The translations under genes were made by a program, and so were the position numbers. A stretch of 64,000 nt of DNA, taken from contig NC_043014.1 in NCBI RefSeq assembly GCF_006345805.1, positions 44,578,001 to 44,642,000 on the forward strand, given 5' to 3'. Under the pieces are notes generated by a model that was not told the origin of the DNA, ran no database searches, and saw nothing but the letters and a program-made list of their open reading frames with translations. The DNA comes from Octopus sinensis. Taxonomy: Eukaryota. This document shows positions 51,332 to 62,619 of the stretch, piece after piece. Position 1 is the first letter of the stretch, and each line of letters starts with the position of its first letter.

Positions 51332-53086
51332 ATGATTTCTATCGGTTTCAAATTTTGGCACAAGGCCAGCAATTTTGGGGGTGGGGTAAGTTGGTTAAAT
51401 CGACCTTGGTGCTCAACTGGTACTTATTTTATTGACACCGAAAGGATAAAAGGCAAAGTCGACCTCGGCAGAATTTGAACTCAGAACGTAAGGACAGAGG
51501 AAGTGCCGCTAGGCATTTTACTTGGCATGCTAATGATTCTGCCAGCTTACCACCTTAAATATGATTTATATTAGAATGTAGATTACATATACATGTTATC
51601 TTTACTACCCACAAGGGCCAAACGCAGAGAGGACAAACAAGGACAGACATACGGATTAAGTCGATTATATTGACCCCAGTGCGTAACTGGTACTTATTTA
51701 ATCGACCCCGAAAGGATGAAAGGCAAAGTCGACCTCGGCGGAATTTGAACTCAGAACGTAGCAGCCCACGAAATACCGCTGAGCATTTCACATGGCGTGC
51801 TCCGTTTCTGCCAGCTCTCCTGTAGATTACATATACAGCCAGATGACAAAGGGTCCCATTCCAGCTTCAAGACTTGTCCATCTCAGACAAACATAGAAAA
51901 AAATGGATGTAAAAATGATGATGATGATGTTGACCCCTCAAATGTTGAATCAAACATACACAGAGAATAGAGGTTATCTAACACAAAAGGTCATCCATGT
52001 GATGAGCAAGGCTTTGCTCACCAACATTCAGCAGCCACTGGCTTCCTGCTGACATCCAATAATTTACTGGTAATTAATGTATAAACCACAGAAGAATGAA
52101 AGATAAAGTTGACATTGGCAGGACTCAGAATGTAAAGAGATGTAACTAACAAACTACATTCACCACCAACATAACAACAGCAAATCTAATCAAAAAGAGA
52201 GCGTATGGGACCAACGTGTATAAGAGAACAAACATCAAGCCAGCATTGGAACTAATAAGTGGACGCTCACCCTGCTAGAAATAGCAGCTAAATATTCTGC
52301 TGAAAAAATGCGGATTATACTCGAGGATTTACAGTATACAAAAATAAACATTATTTTCCATTTTACTGTTAGTTTTGTTTCAATTTGAGAAATAAAAATT
52401 TACTTTATGGTTTATTATTGTTTATGTTATGAATTACAAATATATGGAAGCACCAAAATCTTTTAAGTGCTTAGAGCCTCTATGAGTCTTAATCTGCCCC
52501 CTACCCTTTATGCAATTCTCAAGCTGAATCAGAATGCAAAAATGTGACAATGTTAGGCTGTTACAGTATAGGTACAATACAGAGACACACAGACAAAGCA
52601 GAATCAACACAGAAAAGGCTGAAGGTAAAGTTGAGATTGACAGGATTTTAACTTAGAGCAGAGATAGCTGGAACGAATAATGTAAGACATTCCATCTGAT
52701 TCTCTAATGATTTCGTTAATTCACCAGTAGTGAAGCTTAGAATTGAAACCTTGTTAGCCCAGTAACGAGAAGTAGGTCATGACATATCAGGCAACTTGCC
52801 CTGAATTCCAACCAATCAGATTTCAGCTACAATTGAATGATCGATGATTTTGCTATGATTTTCCTGCCAAGACATGGCTATAAATATAAAAGTGCAGGAC
52901 AATCAGCACAGAGGTTTGAGAAGGTTCCAGACAAGACAGACAAGCGCAAGATTCTTGGTTGTTGCTCGACCTGTGCTGAAAGGAATCACTTCGACTACAA
53001 TGCACTTCTCTGATCGTGTACTAGCAATGCAATACTCTCACATCTCGCTACACAAATAAGTAGCTAGCTAGTTATCAACCAAACAC

Positions 53087-53428
53087 GGATCTTTTCGCTT
53101 TGACCGGCAGATTTTTAAAAATAATTTCCACGTAACTAAAAAATTTTAAACTTCGTATACTGGTAGAATGTGTTTATAAAAAAATCTTTTTCTCTTGGCT
53201 TTCTTGAGAAAATTCTGTAGTTTGTAAGATATTTTCTTCAATTTTGGCGATTTCAACCAATCAATGACGTCTATTGAGGTGAAAACGATTTCTGCCGTAG
53301 AGTGTAAACAACATTTTCTAGCGGTGTCATACGAAAATGTCACACATAATTATGACCCTAGTATCGATCTATTGCATTTCAATCTGTTTTAGGGTTAGGG
53401 TTAGAGTTAGGGTTGGGGGGGTATCTTT
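53087..53428. mobile_element. Rearranged, incomplete copy of the 50913-51331 MITE
   Basis: Reverse complement of the right half followed by the left half in forward orientation, ending in TTAGGG repeats. Confidence 0.8.
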
Positions 53429-54158
53429 AACTAATGAAAATTATACCTGTATTGAGAAAAGGTAGGCTTACTGAAAAACACTTACTGAAATCAAAAGCAA
53501 GGGAGACAAGAATCAGAAAAAATATTTTCTTTCAAATGTGTTGATGTACCAGAATGCCTATTAATTAAAATTGGAAATAGGTAATGTTGTGGGTGGAGGT
53601 GCAATGGCCCAGTGGTTAGGGCAGCAGACTCGCAGTCGGAAAATCGCGGTTTCAATTCGCAGACCAGGCATTGTGTGTGTTTATTGAGCAAAAACACCTA
53701 AAGCTCCGGCAGGGGGTGGTGGCGACCCCTGTTGTACTCTTTCGCCCCAACTTTCTCTCACTCTTTCTTCCTGTTTCTTGAGTAATGCTGCAATGGACTG
53801 GCGTCCCGTCCAGCTGGGGGGGAACACATATGCTACAGAAACTGGGAAACCGGGCCCATGAGCCTGGCTAGGCTTGAAAAGGATGCAAGAAGAAGAAGAA
53901 GAATGTTGTGGTGGGAAAGACAGCTTGACTGTTAGTAGATGCAGTGATAATTTTGGAGGAAATATGTTTAGATATATGAAACAACAAAAATAGTAAAATA
54001 TATATATAAATATATATAAATCAAAGCAGAACTAAAAAAAAAACTAAAAACAAAAAAAATATAGAAAATATCCTGCAAGACTTAACAGAGAGAAAGTGAG
54101 CAAATATGAAAGCCAATGATATCTCAAAGCTCTGGACTAAAGGCAGAATCAGGAAGTT

Positions 54159-56612
54159 TCATTTTACATGCAAGATCAATGCCGAGCTACAAAAGTAACA
54201 AAAAGTAATTAGACAAAAAGTTAATGTCAGTGGCAGACTTGTATAAAAATCAACATTTAGAAACAGTCAACCATCTCATTTCTGTCTGCTTGGTCCTTGG
54301 AAAGATAGACGCTTTAGCTATATGCAGTGGACGCTATGCAAATAATGCCACACATCAAAGATTGAAAACAAGTTCGTGTAAACTAAACCTAATATTGGCC
54401 TGGAGTTCATTCACAAACACAATCCGACCTCTGACCCACAGATATACTGCACTCTCACACAGACACACTTGCGCTATCTCTCTCTCTCTCTCTCTTCCAC
54501 TGCTACAATGACCTCTGATCCTTGGAGCTGGGTGGTCTTGTACATTCAAGCACTCTCAACTCACTTGTCCCTCCTCTTTCTCTCCTTGATGATATTGTGT
54601 GCAAATAAGGCGGCAAGCTGGGCCAAGGTGGCAAGCTGGGCCAAGGGGGCAAGCTCGGCCAAGGCGGCAAGCTCGGCCAAGGCGGCAAGCTGGGCCAAGG
54701 CGGCGAGCTGGCTAAGGCGGCGAGCTGGCAGAAACGTTAGCACACCGGACGAACTGCGTAGCCATATTTCGTCTGCCGCTACGTTCTGAGTTCAAATTCC
54801 ACCGAGGTCGACTTTGCCTTTCATTCTTTCGGGGTCGATAAATTAAGTACCAGTTACACACTGGGGTCAATATAATCGACTTAATCCATTTGTATATCCG
54901 TGTTTGTCTCCTCTGTGTTTAGCCCCTTGTGGGTAGTAAAGAAACAGATATTGTGTGCAAACCCTTTCTCCCCCACCAAGTCCTGCATTAATCTCTAAAC
55001 CCAGTCCTTCCATCCCAAAATGTTGCTCTTCCGGAATTCTCTCCTTGCACATGTCTTTCCTGCAGTCCTCAACTTACAATATTTTAAGAGGAATGTTAAT
55101 TCCATCAATCTCAACTGATCTTGGAGGGCCTGTGATGTCAATGGGCCTGGCCCCCTCTTTAAGACCAAATTGATTTTAAAAAATATAACTATAACATGGC
55201 TATAATACTCTTGGGTATGGCTTTTCAAACTGATAATGAAGAAAAAAAACAATCCAGTGAGGTATTAAAATCAAAGGCAGAAAGGGAAAACTATGCACTT
55301 TGATAAACACCATGGTCTCTCCTATACAAAAAATTGGCCAGAATGAAACCGAAAAGCCACCCAATTAGAAGGACCACAAAACAGAAATAAGCAAGATGCA
55401 GGGTAGGGGATTAAAAATCAGATTAATAATAATTAGTGTAGTTGTTCCTTCTCGAGCCACACCTGGCTCATAAGGGCCGGTTTCCCGGTTTCCTTGGCAT
55501 ATAGGTTCCCCACTTGGACGGGATGTCGGTCCGTCGCAGGTGAGCTGCTAGATGCAGGAAGAAAGAGTGAGAGAAATTTGTGGCGAAAGAGTCAGCAGAA
55601 GTTCGCCATTACCTTCTGCTGGAGCCACGTGGAGCTTAGGTGTTTTGCTCATAAACACACACATCGCCCGGTCTGAGTTTCGAACCCGCAATCCCTCAAC
55701 CGTGAATCCGCTGCTCTAACCACTAGGCCATGCGCCTCCACAATTAGTGCAGTAGGTGTAATTAAAATGAATATAAACAAAATGTTATAAGTGCTCATAC
55801 ATGCCTTCCTCCAAAAGAACCTCTAAGATATAACTCACATTCTACAAAAAAACAGTCTCAATTCAATAATATAACTCTCACATCACAAATCCAAAAGATT
55901 ACCCTCCTAATACATTAACACAAATTACACAGCACATATTCTACACAATTACCTCCCAATATAGTGAAAGCTTTCACACCAAGCAGGAACAACACACTGA
56001 AACAATAAAAAAAAAAGAACAACAAAAGCTCCAAATTAGATGCAATACAAGTAATATTCCTATCTTTTTTATTTTTTTCCAGAAACAATACTGCACACAA
56101 CTAAAAGACATAGAATTGGTGCAGCAAATAAAACCTTTAAGAAACTATAGGAAACTCATGATGATAATAATAATAATAAAACTCTGATTTCTAAATATAA
56201 TGAAAAAATAATTAAAGTGAGGAAACTGTCAATTATCAAATTATCAACTCCAGTATTTGACTCATTTAGATTTTAATCAGTCTAAGAAGACTGAAAAGCC
56301 AAGTTGGTCCCTGTGAAATTTGAACTTGGAAAATATCAAGAGAAAGCGAAAGTGAAAGTAAATATTTCTGCCACTCCACTATTCTAATGAGAAAAAAAAA
56401 ACAAAAACATAAAAAGGACATTTTAGATCAGTGATTAAAGAACAAAATTAAGGAATAAATAAAGCAATGCCAAGACTAAGAGCTGTGATCGAAATCAGTC
56501 TTTATGTGAAACAATTCAGGAGAGATAAAGATGAGGTTGGGTGGTGATTAAGAGGATGGGTTGCAGAAAAGAAAGGGAGGAGAAGATAAAATTACTTGTT
56601 TATGGAAGCATT
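54159..56612 (-). CDS. Candidate exons of an unidentified small gene (56596-56612, 55953-55996, 55078-55156, 54159-54186)
   Basis: Four GT-AG-flanked segments, three with strong pyrimidine tracts, join in one frame: NASINNVLFLLGVKAFTILGEGARPIDITGPPRSVEIDGINIPLKIFSALILHVK*. I do not recognise the protein. Confidence 0.3.
54607..54713 (+). repeat. Six tandem 17-18-bp copies of a SINE 5' end
   Basis: AAGG(C/T/G)GGC(A/G)AGCT(G/C)GGCC-type units at 54607, 54625, 54643, 54661, 54679, 54697, running into the family B head at 54714. Confidence 0.88.
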
Positions 56613-56820
56613 CTGAATAGAGAACAGCCAGTCATTAAGGAAGGATGAAGTATAAAGAACATCCATGAAACATGCAGTATGAAACACAATGAGTATAATG
56701 GTGTGAGTTACAGCTGATGTTGTCTCTCAGGTATCTTATACAGAGTACACTGATTAGATGTGAATATAATTGTGAGCAATAAGAATGGTATTATCTGAGA
56801 GTCATCAAAGATAGTACTAT

Positions 56821-56864
<44 letters not shown>

Positions 56865-56959
56865 ATTAAGGATAAAAAGCGCAGGAGTGGCTGTGTGGTA
56901 AGTAGCTTGCTAACCAACCACATGGTTCCGGGTTCAGTCCCACTGCGTGGCACCTTGGG

Positions 56960-57048
56960 CAAGTGTCTTCTGCTATAGCCCCGGGCTGACCAATGCCTTG
57001 TGAGTGGATTTGGTAGACAGAAACTGAAAGAAGCCCGTCGTATATATG

Positions 57049-57081
<33 letters not shown>

Positions 57082-57555
57082 TCGTGTGTCTGTGTTTGTC
57101 CCCCTCTACCATTGCTTGACAACCGATGCTGGTGTGTTTATGTCCCTGTTACTTAGCGGTTCGGCAAAAGAAGGACCGATAGAATAAGTACTGGGCTTAC
57201 AAAAAGAATAAGTCCCGGGGTCGAGTTGCTCGATTAAAGGCACACACTGATAAAAGCTTCCCTTTAAAGGCACACACTGATAAAAGCTTCCCTTTAATCG
57301 AGCAACTCGACCCCGGGACTTATTCTTTTGTAAGCCCAGTACTTATTCTATCGGTCTCTTTTGCTGAACCGCTAAGTAACGGGGACATAAACACACCAGA
57401 ATCGGTTGTCAAGCAATGCTAGGGGGACAAACACAGACACTCACACACACACATATATATATACATATATACGACGGGCTTCTTTCAGTTTCCGTCTACC
57501 AAATCCATTCACAAGGCATTGGTCGGCCCGGGGCTATAGCAGAAGACACTTGCTC
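56960..57555. repeat. Inverted SINE family A pair (arms of about 280 bp) around a 30-bp direct-repeat spacer
   Basis: ..CTCGATTAAAGG|CACACACTGATAAAAGCTTCCCTTTAAAGG CACACACTGATAAAAGCTTC|CCTTTAATCGAG.. Confidence 0.88.
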
Positions 57556-59798
57556 CAGCATGGCCGCAGTCAAATGACTGAAACAAGTAAAAGAGAAAGG
57601 AGAAAGAGAACTACAACTGTAATACCATATGTTTAAGAATAATATCGCCGAGTATTAATGAAAATTAACTGTTTGTTCAATTTCTACTATTGTTGTTATG
57701 GTTACTATATGAATTAATGTAATATTGGCAGTTATGTTGGTGTAATTCCACTTATTGTTGTTACTGTTATAGTACTGCTGCTGCTGCTGACATTTATTCC
57801 GCCAGTTAATCTTAACGTCTTGTTGTTGCTGTTGTTGTTGCAGAGACATTTTGCTCGAGTGAGAGATAACCTTTGTATTGCTACTTGTGATTCCGATGGA
57901 AAGAGTTTCTGTTTTAGCTCCCTTAAGCATGTTATATATATATATATATATATTAGTTAGTGGTGGACAGAAGATCTGTTGTAGCGCTGGTTGATAGTTA
58001 ATCTAAGGTTAAATCTTTATGTTAAACAACAAAAGACAAATTGGAATCGTTTGCATTAAACATGCGGCAAAGGGAGATGCGAATCTTTGTGAATATTAAT
58101 GCTTAAGTTTCGTGGTTCAGAGACAGAACTGTTGCTTTCCCAGCTGATCTTAAGAGATATGTTTTCTGCTGGTATATATTGAACAGAGGATGTATTTGAA
58201 TATTGAGCTTTTATAGTTATATAATAATGGGAAAATGGATAGCATGTTGTTGGTTTACTGCAGGTCAACCCTAATTGAACAAATCAATGATATGAGACAT
58301 TCTTGCTTTGACCATCCTGCCGTTTTATTTTATTTATTATTTTTTTCTTTTGCTTCTTCAAGTATCATGTATCTAAGACTAATCTATCCAGTATATCCTT
58401 TTCCTTTTTTAGGAAACTAGTTGTGAGAAAGATTTGGTTGCTATTTCTAACAGGTCAAGCAACTACATAGAGATTTCTTCAGAAGAAAGAGTGAAACATG
58501 ATATATATATATATATATACATGTGAAGGCGCATGGCTCAGTGGTTAGAGCGTCGAGCTTACAATCGTGAGGTTGTGAGCTCAAATCCCGGACCGGGCAC
58601 ATCAGTGCAGCATCATTTGCTCTTAACCCTTTAGTGTTCGCATTATTTTGCCAAAATTAATGCTTTTTCATCCACATTGTTTTGAACTAATCATGCATTA
58701 TCTTGTATCCATGAGATTTTGATGAGGTAGCTGTTAATTTTTAAAACGATATTGTAGGGTTGGTGTGAGAGACCAGATCTGGCCAGTTTGAACATAAAAT
58801 AGGCAGAATACTTTTGGCCGGATATGTCCGGTTTAAATGCTAAAGGGTTAAACAAGAAAGCATGTAAAATGGTTTGGAAATATGAACATTTTCTTTAAAT
58901 CCACCCGTACCCCTTCCAATCTTTAGCACCATTCAAGAGTCTGGGTATCAGCTTTCCTTTGTTTACTCTCCCGTGTTGTCTTTTCTCCTCCTCCTTGGAT
59001 TGATGCTGTTGTATTGTTATTTTAATGTATGAGCAAGTATATACTCTTTTACTTGTTTCAGTCATTTGACTGCGGCCATGCTGGAGCACCACCTTTTAAT
59101 CGAGCAAGTCGACCCCGGGACTTATTCTTTGTAAGCCCAGTACTTATTCTATCGGTCTCTTTTGCAAACCGCTAAGTGACGGGGACGTAAACACACCAGC
59201 ATCGGTTGTCAGGCAATGCAAGGGGGACAAACACACACACGCACATATATATATATATACGACGGGCTTCTTTCAGTTTCCGTCTACCAAATCCACTCAC
59301 AAGGCTTTGGTCGGCCCGAGGCTATAGTAGAAGACACTTGCCCAAGGTGCCACGCAGTGGGACTGAACCCAGAACCATGTGGTTGGTAAGCAAGCTACTT
59401 ACCACACAGCCACTTCTGCGCCATATATATATATATATACATTGATAGTGTTCTCAATAGATTTAGAATATCCTCAATAAAAGAGGAAGCTATTGAAAAG
59501 CCAATTGACCCAGCCAAGTGACTGCAGTCATTGAGCAGATAAACAACTTTCAAATCATATAGCTCCATGTGCAGATGTCATTTCAGACAAAACTTACAAA
59601 GCACATAACTCCCAGAAGTGGGATATAGCAGGTTTGTAGCTAGATCCACTATTTTCTACATGGCTGGTTTCAAATAGCAGAGGAGTGATTTGTTGTTTGT
59701 TTGTTCCTTCTCAAGCCATGCCTGACTCATAAGGGCCAGTTTCCCGGTTTCCTTGGCGTACAGGTTCCCCACCTGGACGGGATACTGGTCCGTCACAG

Positions 59799-60070
59799 TT
59801 TAGGTTAGGTTAGGTTAGGTTAGGTTAATTTTTTGGCTCAAAAAGCAAAAAGCAAGGCCATGTAGGGGGACAGAGAGTTACGTACAGGGAGGGTGTTCAT
59901 GCAAAGAGTTCAGGCCATTTCTGGTCAAGAGAGACTTTGAACCGAGCGGTCGTCGGCATCTTCACTATCTCGTCCGGCAGCTTATTCCGCGGATCCGCAA
60001 CCCGGACGGAGAAAGCCCCTCTCCTTCGAGTGAGATGAAATCGTCGCAGATAGAGCTTTTCGGAGGTGAG
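59799..60070 (-). mobile_element. CR1-clade LINE 3' fragment with (CCTAA)n tail, nested in a family C SINE
   Basis: Encodes KLYLRRFHLTRRRGAFSVRVADPRNKLPDEIVKMPTTARFKVSLD; (TTAGG)x5 on the plus strand at the junction. Confidence 0.82.
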
Positions 60071-60469
60071 GTGAGCTGCAAGATGCAAGAGGAAAGAGTG
60101 AGAGAAAGTTGTGGTGAAAGAGTCAGCAGAAGTTCGCCATTACTTTCTGCCGGAGCTATTTTTTGGATTCATCTAAGTGTTTTATCCAACTGGTGTACAG
60201 CTGACACCTACTGACACAGAAATACAGGTGTAAAGCTGTCCTTTTCACTTCAAACACTCAGCCTGTCTTTTTCCTTAACGGTATGTCAATTTCAGAAAAT
60301 TCTTGCTGTTTGAGATTATCTCCCTTCCTCATTTGGAGTTGGTACCAACTGACACCAAGTACCAGTTACGCACTGGGGTCGATGTAATCGACTCAATCCG
60401 CTTGTCTGTCCTTGTTTGTCCCCTCTGTGTTCAGCCCCTTGTGGGTAGTAAAGAAATAGGTATAACATT

Positions 60470-61440
60470 AAATATTAAAAAGGGTGTCTGCTGCTCATAA
60501 AGACACCGTGAAATTCATTAATGAGTTTGCAAAGATTATCACTGATGAAAATGTAACAAAACAACCAGTATATAATGTTAAAGAAGCATAACTGTTCTGC
60601 TGTTGCTGCTCCACGGGAACATATACAGTTGAAAAGACATCAACTGTAGTGGTTACAGATGCCAAGGAAAGACTCATTTGTACGGCAAAGTGTAAATGAA
60701 GTAATACCAGCAAAGGTAAGCACTCTATAGTAAGAAACAACCCATTTAAAGCTGTGAATATAACAATGCTTTGTTTTACTAATGGTAGCCTAAGGGACAC
60801 CTGCAATACGCTTTTGCCCAAGTAGTTTAATAAACATTTAGTATGAGTGACTTGTGCCTACTAGTAGTACTAACAGAGTAACAAAGTCATGCACTTGGCA
60901 TGATTTTGTTACCCTGAACAACATTGAATCTCTGATCAAAAATAAGGTTTATGCAATGTACTCCCTTTCAAAAAAACAAAACTGACATCATTAATCATTA
61001 GTCATGTGTCATTAGTAATTAATTATTAGTCATGCATCAGAGATAATCTTAGGTCAACGGAAACTAAATATAAAAGCAATTCCTTTCGAAGGCACATTGA
61101 TAGCAGTGAATGGAAGCATGTCTTTGGAAGAATTCCAAAAGGAGTTTACTGTGAGTGATGCCATATGCATAATTGCCAATGCAAGGAATCAAGTAATTAA
61201 GAATTCCCTTGTGCCTACCTAGCACATTCTCTGGCTTGCAACTCTTCACTGATAATGATGGACAAAGTTCAAAGGATTCCATGTATCACTTAAGTAAAAA
61301 CAAAAAAAATATGATGTCAAACTTTTCATACATAAGAAAAATATACTGTCAAAATTTGGCAGTAAGATGAACAAAACCAGGTATTGAGAAAAATTTTTGA
61401 TCAATAATAATGCTCCAGTTGGTGAAATAACTGACATGGG
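60470..61440 (+). pseudogene. Decayed Tigger/pogo-family DDE transposase
   Basis: Fragments KFINEFAKIITDENVTKQPVYN, DAKERL, LIKNKVYAMY and EEFQKEFTVSDAICIIANARNQV resemble Tigger/TIGD DDE_1 transposases; multiple stops and frameshifts. Confidence 0.8.
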
Positions 61441-61594
61441 TCTCAGTCAAGGTTATATTAATGAGGATAATGATAAATAAATTCAACATGATTACACAAA
61501 GGAAAAGATTCTCTGTGTTGGTGACAAATTATAGCTCAACAAATCATATTGGGCTAAGCAGGTATGGAAAACTTGATTTTAAAAATTATAGATA

Positions 61595-61636
<42 letters not shown>

Positions 61637-62619
61637 TCATGACCAGGCTATCAGATGTTGCTACACATCACTGGTCACAATGTGCTTTGCATTGTTTTAA
61701 CCTTCAAATGACGCCACCCCGCTGGCTAAGCGAGCAGGCCAACAGAAGAAAGAGTGAGAGAAAGTTGTGGCGAAAGAGTACAGCAGGTATCGCCACCACC
61801 CACTGCCGGAGCCTCATGGAGCTTTAGGTGTTTTCGCTCAATAAACACTCACAACGGCCAGTCTGGGAATCGAAGCCGCGATTCTATGTCCATGAGTCCG
61901 CTGCCCTAACCACTGGGCCATTGCGCCTCCACATATATATATATATATATGTTCTTGAGGAGACCTATTGAGTCAACTACGTCAACACCAACATCAAAAT
62001 AAAAATCAAATGGAAATTGTAGTTAAGATACTTGTGTTGGTGACACGTAAAAGCACCAACCAATCGTTTGCCAGCCTTCCCTGGCACCTGTGCCAGTAGC
62101 ACGTAAAAAGTACTCACTACACTCATAGAGTGGTTGGCGTTAGGAAGGGCATCCAGCTGTAGAAACGCTGCCAGATCAGCCTGGACCTTGGTACAGCCTC
62201 CGGGCCTCCCAAACCCTGGTCGAACCATCCAACCCATGCTAGCATGGAAAACGGATGGTAAATGATGATGATGATGATACATACACACACACACACACAC
62301 ACACGCATATATATATATGTATGTATGTATGTATAGATATATAAACTATCTTCACAGATGTTTACATAGGAATAGTAACTATAGCAACAGGAAGTATAAC
62401 TAGGTGGCATTGCTCTGTAGTTAAGGGGACATAATCTGTAAAAATCTATAAAATACTCCCAGTATTAAAACAGTTTTTGAACAAATGCTATTTTTGAATC
62501 AAATTAAATTCAAATTAATATTATTCTTCATTCAGAACTGGTTTGAACTTTTCAAAAAAAAAATCTTTTCTCTTACCTTCTTTATTTTGAGTTCACTTGA
62601 GTCAGGAATATCATAAAAT

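Noticed and set aside
58524-58600. tRNA-like sequences with A/B boxes (also about 48850-48905 and all SINE heads)
   Set aside because: SINE heads without a complete cloverleaf or acceptor stem; not tRNA genes.
60495-60821. 108-aa hydrophobic minus-strand ORF
   Set aside because: Antisense shadow of the decayed Tigger transposase.
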